The position numbers were made by a program, and so were the translations under genes. 64,000 nucleotides of DNA from a virus, in the IMG/VR virus record IMGVR_UViG_3300025810_000004, positions 94,947 through 158,946 of that record; one strand, 5' to 3'. Positions within the stretch are counted from its first letter, which is position 1, and every line of letters begins with the position of its first letter. Below the pieces are notes generated by a model, which saw nothing but the letters and a program-made list of their open reading frames with translations, made no database searches and was not told where the DNA came from. Shown here piece by piece: positions 8,814 to 18,105 of the stretch.

Positions 8814-10724
8814 ATGCGGCTGTCCGATATAGCGGCGAATGTGGGTCGAACTGTCTCGGACTCTGACGACGTTGTAGACCCCATCACCTATATCGAGGCT
8901 CCTTGGGGTCTGAGTCTCCGCCTTTTCCCTGTGCAGAGGGTCATAATCAAGGCCCATTATGGGATGGAGCTGGACGACAACCCCCACGATTACCCCCTCG
9001 ACCAGCCCGTCCCCCCCAACCATCCCGAATACGACCCCGTTCTCATGGACGAAGACGGGTTCTACAAGTTCAGGATAGTGGTGACAAACTTCAGGAGGAA
9101 AAACCCTCAGTTCATGACTGAAGCTGGGTACCTGAAGTTCCTCCACAGCGAGGGCAGGTGCAACATAGACAAAGTCGTTCCCGGAAAGCAACGTCGGGAA
9201 ATGGTACTGAGTGTCGGAAGGCGTAGTGGCAAGACCCTGATCACGTCCTGTATCGTAGCCTACGAGACCTACAAGCTGCTACTCAAGGGCAACCCACAGA
9301 AATACTACGGGTCCTCTCAGTCCAACGTGATCCAGCTGATCTCCGTCGCAACCGACCGGGACCAAGCGGGTCTGCTGTACCGCGAAGCCTCCGGGCACTT
9401 CCAGAAGTGCGACTTCTTCAAGCCCTATGCGGCCAACGCAACCCAGAGCTTCGCCACCTTCCAGACCCCGTTCGACATCGAGAACTACGGGTCCTACAGG
9501 GACAACCCCAAGGCCCGGTACTCGATAAACGTGACGTTCCGTTCCTGCGTTGCAAAGGGACTCCGTGGTGGTGCCAACATTCTGGTCGCTCTGGACGAGG
9601 TTGCCCACTTCGGGGAGAAGGGGCAGGCGTCAGCCGACGAGGTGTACCAAGCTGTTGAGCCGAGTACTCGTACCTTCTCCCCCAAGGACCCCAACAACCA
9701 AACCCGCCCCATAGGGGAAAACGAAGGCCGGATCATCATGATCTCGTCACCGTTGGGGCGTCAGGGCCTTTTCTACAAGCAGTACCAACTCGGATTTGGG
9801 GACAACGAGGCAGCGGACAACCTTATCTGCATTCAGGCCCCGACCTGGGAGGTCAACCCCACCGTTCCAGCCAACACCTTCGTCGCTTCCTACCTGAAAG
9901 ACCCCAACGTCTTCTTCACCGAGTTCGGTGCCGTATTCAGTGACAGAACGAGGGGCTGGATAACCAGCGAGAAGGACCTCACCGACTGCATCGACCCGGA
10001 TTTGCGTCCGAGGCACAGGGCACCAGCTCTTGCGCCCCACTTCATGGGAATCGACGTCGCTCTTGCGGGTGACTATTCTGCCATAGCAATAGGTCACAAC
10101 ACACCTGACGGCAAGATAGTCCTGGACCTCGTTGAGAGGATAAAAGCCGGGGAGGGCGACTACGAGGGGTACGACAGGCTGGAATTCGACGACGTTGCTG
10201 ACTGGATCTTCAATTTCACGAAACGGTTCTACATAGTCCACGGGGTGTTCGACCAATGGCTCGGAATCCCCATGGAGCAGGCGCTGAAGAAGCGGGGGCT
10301 CACCAACCTCGAATCCCTGTACCACTCTCGTCAGGTCAGCAGCAACATATACCAGAATTTCAAGTCCCTCATGATGGACCAGAGGCTGGTGATGTACAAC
10401 TGGCCCCTGACTGACGGCGAAGACTTCGCACCCCACATACAGGAATTGCTGGAACTGGAGCAGGAAGTCGTCAGCAAATACATCGTTAAGGTCCAGGCCC
10501 CCAACATCGAAGGCAAGCACGACGATATGTCTGATGCTATAGCCCGTATGGTGTGGTGTGCCTCTCAGGATTCTACGCAGGTCAAGAAGGTCACCGGGTC
10601 CCGCAACAGCAAAGGCAAACCTGTGCGTTCAGGTGTGGGGAACAAAACCCCGACGTTCGGCAGGAGCGCCAAGAAGTCGGGGAGGAGCGGATTCGGGAGC
10701 CACTCCTCGCGCCAGAAACGTTAG
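8814..10724 (+). CDS. terL: Terminase large subunit
   Basis: Walker A VGRRSGKT, Walker B VALDEVAH, coupling motif ISSP, RNase-H-like nuclease motifs FMGIDVA and HDDMSDA. Confidence 0.93.
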   Translation: MRLSDIAANVGRTVSDSDDVVDPITYIEAPWGLSLRLFPVQRVIIKAHYGMELDDNPHDYPLDQPVPPNHPEYDPVLMDEDGFYKFRIVVTNFRRKNPQFMTEAGYLKFLHSEGRCNIDKVVPGKQRREMVLSVGRRSGKTLITSCIVAYETYKLLLKGNPQKYYGSSQSNVIQLISVATDRDQAGLLYREASGHFQKCDFFKPYAANATQSFATFQTPFDIENYGSYRDNPKARYSINVTFRSCVAKGLRGGANILVALDEVAHFGEKGQASADEVYQAVEPSTRTFSPKDPNNQTRPIGENEGRIIMISSPLGRQGLFYKQYQLGFGDNEAADNLICIQAPTWEVNPTVPANTFVASYLKDPNVFFTEFGAVFSDRTRGWITSEKDLTDCIDPDLRPRHRAPALAPHFMGIDVALAGDYSAIAIGHNTPDGKIVLDLVERIKAGEGDYEGYDRLEFDDVADWIFNFTKRFYIVHGVFDQWLGIPMEQALKKRGLTNLESLYHSRQVSSNIYQNFKSLMMDQRLVMYNWPLTDGEDFAPHIQELLELEQEVVSKYIVKVQAPNIEGKHDDMSDAIARMVWCASQDSTQVKKVTGSRNSKGKPVRSGVGNKTPTFGRSAKKSGRSGFGSHSSRQKR

Positions 10725-10758
10725 CGTTATTATAAACCCCAGCGTTATTATAAACCCC
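10723..10758 (+). repeat. 18-bp perfect tandem duplication overlapping a late promoter motif (10719-10734)
   Basis: agcgttattataaacccc occurs twice in a row. Confidence 0.9.
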
Positions 10759-10776
10759 GTTAACGGAGGAACTGCC

Positions 10777-11349
10777 GTGGCGTACACCCAAAATTCGAGT
10801 ATGGACGACGCTGGTGACGTGGAACTTATGTTCCCCGGTGACAGATTTCCGGTCGTCGTAGGACCCAACCTCAGGACCAGCGGTTGGAGGGGTGGCACAT
10901 TCGTCCAATACGTCACGGGCGATCAGGACTTCACCGTTGAAGTGAGTGACGGCAACCAGGCAGCTGGTTTCCTCCTCTTCCAGAGTGAAAACTATGAGCT
11001 TATCCCCCCGTATGGGAACGGTCCCGGCTCTCCCCAGAATTTCTTGGGCCAGCAGAACCGCAGCCCCGTGGGAGGCAACAACGTTATGACCGTGGTGGAA
11101 GGAGGGGTCCGTGCCTTCTTCAAGGTCTTTGAGACGGTCGCTCTGGACGGGGCCGGGGACAGGGTCGGGGGGTCCATAACCTACACCCTCAACGAAGACC
11201 TGAAAATCAGCGAGAACGGACTCCTCTGCAACGACTCGGACGCCAACCTCGCCGCAGCTGGGGTTTCGAGTCCACAGGTTGTAGGTATAGTGTCCGCGAT
11301 ACCCTCTTCTTCCAACAACAACCGACTCTGCATAGACCTCAAGTATTAG
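10777..11349 (+). CDS. Putative head-associated structural protein
   Basis: GGAGG RBS then GTG at 10777 (in frame with the track ORF 10558..11349). Lies between terL and portal; beta-rich. Confidence 0.65.
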   Translation: MAYTQNSSMDDAGDVELMFPGDRFPVVVGPNLRTSGWRGGTFVQYVTGDQDFTVEVSDGNQAAGFLLFQSENYELIPPYGNGPGSPQNFLGQQNRSPVGGNNVMTVVEGGVRAFFKVFETVALDGAGDRVGGSITYTLNEDLKISENGLLCNDSDANLAAAGVSSPQVVGIVSAIPSSSNNNRLCIDLKY

Positions 11350-11358
11350 GACCGGGAA

Positions 11359-11658
11359 TTGGACAAAAAGGCGCGAGAGATAGAGAACCTCAACTCCCGG
11401 ATAAAAGAACTGGCTCGTACGGCTTCTTCCAATCTGGAGGAAGCTCTGCGTATTGTCCGAAATTCCCCGGCTTCCAGGTTGGAAAAGAGGATAGCCCAGA
11501 GAAGGCTGGCAGAGGCTCTCGATGCGCTCCAGGGAGTGAAGGGCATAGTGACCACACCCGAAAGGGAGACACACGAGGAGTGGAAGGAGAGGCGTGAAGA
11601 GCGAAAGAAGAGACGTTCTGAGCGGCTCAAAGGCATGAAGGAGCAGGCTGATGTCTGA
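11359..11658 (+). CDS. Small basic coiled-coil hypothetical protein
   Basis: Fills the gap between genes and overlaps the portal start. Confidence 0.6.
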   Translation: MDKKAREIENLNSRIKELARTASSNLEEALRIVRNSPASRLEKRIAQRRLAEALDALQGVKGIVTTPERETHEEWKERREERKKRRSERLKGMKEQADV

Positions 11659-13357
11659 CAACAACGAGGGCAAGTCCGTCAAGAAGGTCAGAAACGGCGA
11701 CGGCAAGAAGAAGGCCAAGACCGGGAAGCCCCGCAAAGTCACCGCTTCCATGATGCGAACCAGGACCGCCTCGTACGGTGGTATGAGCGCCGGGAACGGC
11801 GGGTCAGTAGAGGGGGCGGGGGGCAACTTCTACTCCCCGGAACTCAGCACGGACTTTCTGGAGCTTCCTCAGTCTCTCCACGAGCAGTGGAATTACTACA
11901 GGTTCTTCTACAACTCCGAGCCGTTCGTCGGTCAGGCTGTGGACCTCCACACGGAGTTGCCAATCAGCAAGGTCCGGATCGGTATGGCCCACGCCAAGAA
12001 CCGGGACATAGCTGTTGCCGCAACCAAGTTCTGTGAGAGGTGGGCGAAGAATATCAAGCTCCTCGACAGGCTGATCTCCATCACACACGACCGGAACCTC
12101 ATAGGTGAGGTCAACATATGGTGTGAAGACGCCAACCCGGATATGCCCAGGGACATACGCCAGCAGCTCCAGCGCACTCTGCTCGAATCCGGAGAAGCGG
12201 AAGAAAAGTGGGTGGACAGAGAGGACGCCGACGAGAGGGCCGTTGCTTGGCTCAAGAAGAACTACAAGGGGTGGACCAGCATCCGGGTTCTTCCTCCAGA
12301 GCAGGTCAAGATGGAGTCGTTCAACTTCACGGACGAACGCATATTCGAGCTTATCCCCGACTCCAAGACTCGGGACATCATAGACAAATACCAGCAGGGG
12401 GACCCCAACGCGAAGCGTATCGTGGAGTCCATGCCACCTGAGGTGGTCAAAGCCGTCGTTGAGGGCGGGAACATCCCGCTCAACACGGACCCGATGGCTG
12501 GGTCTTTCATCTACTATCTGGCAAACAAGAAGTCAGACTATGAGCCCCGTGGCCGTTCCATCCTTGAGAGGTGTATGAGGGCGCTCGTATACCGGGACAA
12601 GCTGCGTCAGGCACAGACCAGCATCGCCTCCCGCCACATGACCCCGATCCGTGTCGTGTTCGGTGAGGATATGGACGTGGCAGACGTGGAGGCTCTGCGA
12701 GAGCAGGTGGACAACGCGCTGCAGGACCCGGATTACAGCATCATCGCGAACTTCCAGATCAACTGGGAGGAAATGGGTGCAGACCAGAGACTGTTGGACC
12801 TGAGTGGTGAATACGACCTCACCGACCGGCAGTTGTACTCTGGTCTGGGAGTCACAGAAGGGTTGCTGTCTGGGGAGTCCAGCTATTCGGGCGACCGGAT
12901 CAATCTGGAAGTTATCAACACTCGGTATATGCTCCTCCGGGAGCAGCTTCAGGACTTGGTGGAGACCCAGTTCTTCAAGCCCATGTGCGCACGTATGGGC
13001 TTCGTAGAGGAGGACGACGACGGTGAAGAATACGTCGTCGTACCGACCCTGTCGTTCACCCGGCTTGCACTCCGTGACAATCGAGACACCTTCGACGCTC
13101 TATACAATCTGTATACAAAGGGTTCACTGGATGTGGACACCATTCTGGAGCTTCTCAACCTCGACCCCATAGCTGTCAGAGAGAGAATCGAGCGTGACCT
13201 GTTCACGGTCAATGACCCGACCTTCAACGAGGTTCTGCGAGGAGTCTACGGAGATACTGGCCGAGCGATTGCGGAGAACTCGAACGCAGCCGAGAAGATC
13301 GCGGAAGTGCTGGGGCTGAAGATGAACCCACCGGAAGAAGATGGCGGCAGATACTAA
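11651..13357 (+). CDS. Portal protein
   Basis: 568 aa, just downstream of terL. Segments PFVGQAVDLHTELP, PRGRSILERC, KLRQAQTSIASRHMTPIRVV and LGVTEGLLSGESSYS match portal architecture. Confidence 0.8.
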   Translation: MSDNNEGKSVKKVRNGDGKKKAKTGKPRKVTASMMRTRTASYGGMSAGNGGSVEGAGGNFYSPELSTDFLELPQSLHEQWNYYRFFYNSEPFVGQAVDLHTELPISKVRIGMAHAKNRDIAVAATKFCERWAKNIKLLDRLISITHDRNLIGEVNIWCEDANPDMPRDIRQQLQRTLLESGEAEEKWVDREDADERAVAWLKKNYKGWTSIRVLPPEQVKMESFNFTDERIFELIPDSKTRDIIDKYQQGDPNAKRIVESMPPEVVKAVVEGGNIPLNTDPMAGSFIYYLANKKSDYEPRGRSILERCMRALVYRDKLRQAQTSIASRHMTPIRVVFGEDMDVADVEALREQVDNALQDPDYSIIANFQINWEEMGADQRLLDLSGEYDLTDRQLYSGLGVTEGLLSGESSYSGDRINLEVINTRYMLLREQLQDLVETQFFKPMCARMGFVEEDDDGEEYVVVPTLSFTRLALRDNRDTFDALYNLYTKGSLDVDTILELLNLDPIAVRERIERDLFTVNDPTFNEVLRGVYGDTGRAIAENSNAAEKIAEVLGLKMNPPEEDGGRY

Positions 13358-13574
13358 ACGCAGCCACGGGTCCGGATTCTGTGCCCGATGTGGTGGTATG
13401 GGAAAAGCCCAGATCTACAGGGGCGGTAGGATTATGTCTGTGTACTGCGACTGTCCCGCAGGGGACAGATTCGTGGCGCGTGTGTCCGAGGGGCGCGTGA
13501 CAAAGCACAAGTTCCTTCGGGTTTCAGATTTCCCCACAAAATCGCGGTATTACGGTTTGGTTCCCAAGGATTAG
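13341..13574 (+). CDS. Small zinc-finger protein
   Basis: CARCGG...YCDCPAG. Confidence 0.5.
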   Translation: MAADTKRSHGSGFCARCGGMGKAQIYRGGRIMSVYCDCPAGDRFVARVSEGRVTKHKFLRVSDFPTKSRYYGLVPKD

Positions 13575-13621
13575 TTTCCCTCCCCCTGTCGGTATTATAC
13601 GGCTTCCACTCAGGAGAAAAA

Positions 13622-14083
13622 ATGGCAGTTGAAATCTGGAAAGCCAACGAAGATATCCACAAGCAGATGATGGCTCTGGTTGCCACCAATCATCCCGACT
13701 TAGCTCTATGCGTGGACGAGATCGTGATCGTCTTCCGCGAGAAGGCGGGAAAGGCTGGTGGTCAGGTCGTCCTCGGCAACTCCAAGAAGGTTGCGGCCAT
13801 CGCCAATGCCATCGGGAACACCGACTATAAGTTCGTGCTCGAAATTGCCGCAGACCAGTGGGAGAACGAACTGACCTCCCGACAGAAGGAAGCCCTTCTG
13901 GACCACCTCCTCTGTGCCTGCAGGGTGGACGAGGACCCCAAGTCTGGGAACATCAAGTACACCGTGGCGAAGCCCGACATCGCCGCGTACTCCGACAACG
14001 TGGAGCGGTACGGAATGTGGTTCCCGCGAGAGGAATCGGAAGCTGGGGAAGATGTGGCAGATTTGCTGCCTTCCGCGCAGTAG
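13622..14083 (+). CDS. Phage metallopeptidase-like protein with a degenerate HExxH motif
   Basis: W..LT..QKEALLDHLLCAC...KPDI resembles the phage metallopeptidase family, but the E and second H are missing. AGGAG RBS. Confidence 0.6.
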   Translation: MAVEIWKANEDIHKQMMALVATNHPDLALCVDEIVIVFREKAGKAGGQVVLGNSKKVAAIANAIGNTDYKFVLEIAADQWENELTSRQKEALLDHLLCACRVDEDPKSGNIKYTVAKPDIAAYSDNVERYGMWFPREESEAGEDVADLLPSAQ

Positions 14084-14089
14084 GCCCCC

Positions 14090-14770
14090 ATGGCATTCGA
14101 CACGAAGTACAGGCCCAAGACCTACAAAGAGGTCTTGGGTCAGGACACCACTGTGTCCATACTCAAGAAATACGTTTCAGAAGGCAAGGGGTTCCACCAA
14201 TCTTATGTCTTCTGCGGCCAGCACGGTTCGGGCAAGACCACTCTTGCCCGAATTCTGGCCCGTGCCCTTCTGTGTCACCAGCCCGTAGAAGGTGCTCCCT
14301 GTGACGAGTGCAACTCCTGCCTGTCCTTGCTGAATGGACAGGGGCATGAGTGCTTCGAAGAACTGGACGCCGCCACGAAGTCTGGGAAGGACGACCTCGC
14401 TCGGATTATCGAGGACGCCAACTACAGCACGTTGAGCGGTTCCCGGCGCGTCTACGTTATAGACGAGTGTTTCACTGAGGACACCGTTCTACTGACCCGT
14501 GACGGGTTCCGGTCCATTCGAGACATAGTGGATTCCAAATTCGTTGGGGAGGTTCTGTCTTTCGATCCTGACACCGGTAGGGAAATTTGGAAGCCCATAA
14601 CGGATTGGTTTGACCTCGGTGAACGCGAGGTCATTACTCTGGAATTCGATAACGGGGTCGAGATCACTGTCACCCTCGGTCAGGAGCTTTACACCTCCAA
14701 CCGTGGCTGGGTGAAAGTAGAAGATCTGACAGACCAGGACGACGTGGTGGAATCTTCGTGGGGTCAATAA
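14090..14770 (+). CDS. dnaX: DNA polymerase III gamma/tau (clamp loader) N-extein fused to the intein N-half (intein starts 14468)
   Basis: KYRP, Walker A GQHGSGKTT, Zn motif C...PCDECNSC, ELDAA, Walker B VIDE, then intein block A CFTEDT and GWVKVEDL. Ends at TAA. Confidence 0.9.
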   Translation: MAFDTKYRPKTYKEVLGQDTTVSILKKYVSEGKGFHQSYVFCGQHGSGKTTLARILARALLCHQPVEGAPCDECNSCLSLLNGQGHECFEELDAATKSGKDDLARIIEDANYSTLSGSRRVYVIDECFTEDTVLLTRDGFRSIRDIVDSKFVGEVLSFDPDTGREIWKPITDWFDLGEREVITLEFDNGVEITVTLGQELYTSNRGWVKVEDLTDQDDVVESSWGQ

Positions 14771-15074
14771 GTCTTTAGCTCTTGCTTATTGGTTCATGGA
14801 TGACGGATCAATTGGTAGGAGGACCAAAAGTGGTGCACTGTTGAGTGCCTGTATACACACTTGTGGATTCGGGATTCCAGAGAACGAATTATTGGTAACA
14901 TTCCTGAAAGAGAGATTCGGGTTGGAACCGATTTTAGCATTTTCCAAAGGTTATCCTTACCTAAGGTTCAATGTAAAAAGCGCGCGAGCATTGGGGGAAA
15001 TAATTACCCCATATTTGCACCCTTCTATGGCTTACAAAGGAAACTGCTTTGGCTCGACTGACGAACAAATCTGA
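14745..15074 (+). pseudogene. LAGLIDADG homing endonuclease remnant (single motif) between the intein halves
   Basis: LALAYWFMDDGS...ITPYLHPSMAYK in a different frame from both dnaX parts; more AT-rich than the flanks. Confidence 0.75.
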
Positions 15075-16176
15075 ACCTTTTCGCGCTCCAGTATATGATG
15101 TGACCGTGGAGGGGACACATTCTTTTTTTGCTGGTTCAGGCCCCACCCCCAACAGAGGTGTGCTGGTCCACAACTGCCACCGACTCTCCAAGAACGCACT
15201 GGACGTCCTGCTCAAGCCCATGGAGGACAATGTTCCTGGGTCTGAGAACAAGAGGCTCGTCATTCTGTTCTGCACCACGGAACCAGACAAGATGGTCGGG
15301 ACCGTGTTCTCCAGATGCGCACCTGCTTTCACCATCAGACCCACATCGTTTGAGGAGATCTCGGATAGGTTGGCCTCCATCTGTGTGCTGGAGGGTATCA
15401 AATACGAGCCGACTGCCCTTCTGACCTTGGCTGAGATCAGCAAGAGTCACATCCGCGATGCCTTGAAGACCCTGGAGGGGGTCTCGGTCGTCAGCAACAG
15501 GGTCGTGGACGACAAGGCAGTCAGCTCGTATTTCAAATTCGATACCAACGAAGTCATCCTGAGTCTGTTGAAGGAGATACTCCTGGACAACAAACCAGAA
15601 TGCTTCGAGTTGGCCGAGTCCGTGTCCCGTGACCTTGGCCCAAAGGTTTCGTACGAGAGGCTTTCGGAAGCCTCGATGCTGGCCTATAGGTCGAGTCTGG
15701 GAATTCCGCCGAAGCGGACGTCTTGGGATCTCCAGAAACTCAGGGAGATCGGCGTGAACCACCAACAGGCTCTGTTGGAGGTCGCCAAGCACTTCGCCGC
15801 ACCTCCAAACAGGTCTTCTGGTTCTTCCTTTGTATTGGACTGCGTGGGTTTCACCCCCCACGTCAATACTGCCCCGACACCTCGAAGAGACACCAGCGAA
15901 AATAAGGGAGAAAAGGGGGAAGACAAGACCCCCGAAAAACTGGTAGACTACGAGAAGAGCAAGCAGGTGTCCCACCCTTCTGTTAATTCAGGTGGGGTGT
16001 ATATCGAGCCCAAAGCAGTCAAGAAAATCGAAGATGGGGCAGGCGGGTATGATACCCTGACTGTTCCGGTCGTCAAGACTAAGTCTTTAGACAGAGCTAC
16101 GTTTATTAAGCTGCTGCAGGTGCACCTCGGAGGGGTCAACATAAATGCCAAAAGGGGAGTCTTGGATAGTTCTTGA
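15049..16176 (+). CDS. dnaX: Intein C-half (42 aa) fused to the DnaX C-extein
   Basis: AAGGA RBS then TTG. Block F VYDVTVEGTHSFF, block G LVHN/C, then HRLSKNALDVLLKPMED, FCTTE, SRC and RDALKTLE of DnaX. Confidence 0.88.
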   Translation: MARLTNKSEPFRAPVYDVTVEGTHSFFAGSGPTPNRGVLVHNCHRLSKNALDVLLKPMEDNVPGSENKRLVILFCTTEPDKMVGTVFSRCAPAFTIRPTSFEEISDRLASICVLEGIKYEPTALLTLAEISKSHIRDALKTLEGVSVVSNRVVDDKAVSSYFKFDTNEVILSLLKEILLDNKPECFELAESVSRDLGPKVSYERLSEASMLAYRSSLGIPPKRTSWDLQKLREIGVNHQQALLEVAKHFAAPPNRSSGSSFVLDCVGFTPHVNTAPTPRRDTSENKGEKGEDKTPEKLVDYEKSKQVSHPSVNSGGVYIEPKAVKKIEDGAGGYDTLTVPVVKTKSLDRATFIKLLQVHLGGVNINAKRGVLDSS

Positions 16177-16666
16177 ACTTTCTTTCCAAGGGGAAAGATT
16201 AGCCTCTTACGGCTCGCTTCTGGAATTTCTGTGCTCCATAGCTCACCTTGAAGACGAAGAAGAAGACCTCATATTCATACCCTATGCGGTGTTGAATTCC
16301 AAGAATTCCAAACACGTCCTGAACGTCATGGAAGGGTACTGCTTCGTCCACGAGTCCATCCCCGAAGACGCTCTGGCAACCCTCATAAATAGCGAGTACA
16401 TATCCGGAACAGTTTCCCAGGGCAGAAACACCTATGGCACCGTTGACGGCCAAGCCATAGCCGGAATAAAGAACAAACTGGGGGAAATGGTATCCTCCAA
16501 ACTTGAGAAGGGACAGCCAGTCAGAGTCATTGGAGGTCCCTTCAAAGGTATAGTCGGGGTAATACAGATAAAGGGCTCCACCAGCTCTTGTGTGCACTTC
16601 TCTTTCAGGTCCATGGAGACCATGAGGGTCGTGTTCAACTACCTATTGGAGCCCTACGATGCCTAG
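16145..16666 (+). CDS. NusG/RfaH-like transcription factor
   Basis: NGN-like W-IVL...IFIP...GYCFV and KOW motif GQPVRVIGGPFKGIVGVI. Confidence 0.8.
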   Translation: MPKGESWIVLELSFQGERLASYGSLLEFLCSIAHLEDEEEDLIFIPYAVLNSKNSKHVLNVMEGYCFVHESIPEDALATLINSEYISGTVSQGRNTYGTVDGQAIAGIKNKLGEMVSSKLEKGQPVRVIGGPFKGIVGVIQIKGSTSSCVHFSFRSMETMRVVFNYLLEPYDA

Positions 16667-17276
16667 CAACTGGTATTCCCACGTCTTCATGGACCCCTCC
16701 GACATAGAGAAATTCTTCTCCTCCGACAGGGGGCTGCACGAGATATATGGGGAGACCCCGGAAGACAAAGAAGAAGTCAACAACGAGCAGCTATCCCAAA
16801 TCAGAAAAGTGCTGCACAGAATCCCCCCGAGGGAAGCCGACTTCGTGGAGTTGTACTACTTCCACGAGGTGAAGCAGGCAGCGATAGCTGAGCTGTTTGG
16901 TGTCAGCCAGCCCACCATCTGCTACAGACTCCAGAGGGCTTCCAAGAGAATCAAGTACCTCATAGAGCTTCCAGAATACGAAGAAAAGAAACTGGCCAAA
17001 TTCCTGAACATGGTCCTGTCCGACCCAGTGGACATAGAGATCATGAGGCTGATGCTATTGACCACCTGCCAGAGCGAAGTCGCAAGGTCCCTCAATGCCT
17101 CGCAGGGCTTCGTCAGGCACAGATTCTACAGGTCCCTGAAGAAGATCAAGGACTATCCGGGTGCAGAATCCAAACTGTACCAGAAGGTGTTCACGCACCT
17201 ATCCCAGAACCTGAACGTTCTGAAGAGTGACGACAAGCTCAAGAAGACCGAGCCCATGGTGTTCGTCCTGGGGTGA
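16659..17276 (+). CDS. Sigma70 region-4-like tandem HTH protein (phage sigma-like regulator)
   Basis: IPPREADFVELYY...QAAIAELFGVSQPTICYRLQRA and a second HTH QSEVARSLNASQGFVRHR. Confidence 0.75.
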   Translation: MPSNWYSHVFMDPSDIEKFFSSDRGLHEIYGETPEDKEEVNNEQLSQIRKVLHRIPPREADFVELYYFHEVKQAAIAELFGVSQPTICYRLQRASKRIKYLIELPEYEEKKLAKFLNMVLSDPVDIEIMRLMLLTTCQSEVARSLNASQGFVRHRFYRSLKKIKDYPGAESKLYQKVFTHLSQNLNVLKSDDKLKKTEPMVFVLG

Positions 17277-17321
17277 CGTTTGGTCTTTTATACGGACTGT
17301 CCGGTATAGGATAAACGAGGT

Positions 17322-17630
17322 ATGTCCGAAACCAAAACCACTTTTATGGCCAAGAAGTTAGCGAGTCGCTGGCTCGCTGAGAACATGGTCCCTGAGTACA
17401 AAATGGTTGTCTATATGCACGGGGGAGGCAGTCATATAAACCTCCCTTCGATCATAAGGACTGCCAGAAAACGTCAGTTCAAGTGGGCTCAGGACAAGTA
17501 TCCTGACCTGAGGCTGAAGGTTGGGTTCGACTTTGTGTCCGTCAGGTCCAAAGACCCCCGAGCCATAAAAGACCTCAAAGCCTACTTCACCAAGCTGGGG
17601 TTTGAAACATTCGGGATGGAAGGGGAATGA
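17322..17630 (+). CDS. Hypothetical protein
   Basis: GAGG RBS; late motif at 17277-17292. Confidence 0.65.
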   Translation: MSETKTTFMAKKLASRWLAENMVPEYKMVVYMHGGGSHINLPSIIRTARKRQFKWAQDKYPDLRLKVGFDFVSVRSKDPRAIKDLKAYFTKLGFETFGMEGE

Positions 17631-18055
17631 CCGCCTCTCTCATACAGTCCGAGTTCGTGTACAGGTCTGGGGTTTCCCCCAATCTGTACACGTTCACCAT
17701 ATCCTCCAACTCAACTGGTGTCATATCGGTCAGGGACATACAGGACCCCTACGGTTTTGTCATTTCCCCGTACACCCAGATACCCCAGTCTGTGACGGCG
17801 GACATCAGCTCCGCTATGTCGCAAGTGGAGACCATCTTGTCACTCACCTCAGCCGTCAACGGCACCCTCACCTTCACCGCTGAAACCGAAAAGACCGTGA
17901 CCTTCGCGGAAGCCTTTTCTGACACCTCTTACAGGGTGCAGGTCACTTCGGACGTTTTCGCTCCTTTCCGAATCACCAACAAGACCGTGCTTGGATTCAC
18001 GGTCCAAGCCGGGTCGACCATAACGGGCAGCGTCGGATACGACGTGTTTGTTTGA
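17627..18055 (+). CDS. Putative virion protein
   Basis: ATGA overlap. Its C-terminal beta domain (VTFAEAFSDTSYRV...TNKTVLGF) resembles the C-terminus of 4831..6399 (YSFDVTQPDTDYTV...TNKTTSGF). Confidence 0.7.
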   Translation: MTASLIQSEFVYRSGVSPNLYTFTISSNSTGVISVRDIQDPYGFVISPYTQIPQSVTADISSAMSQVETILSLTSAVNGTLTFTAETEKTVTFAEAFSDTSYRVQVTSDVFAPFRITNKTVLGFTVQAGSTITGSVGYDVFV

Positions 18056-18105
18056 GTCGATAACTCTCCTATAACTGTTATTATTCCGAACACGGAGATC
18101 CGAAA

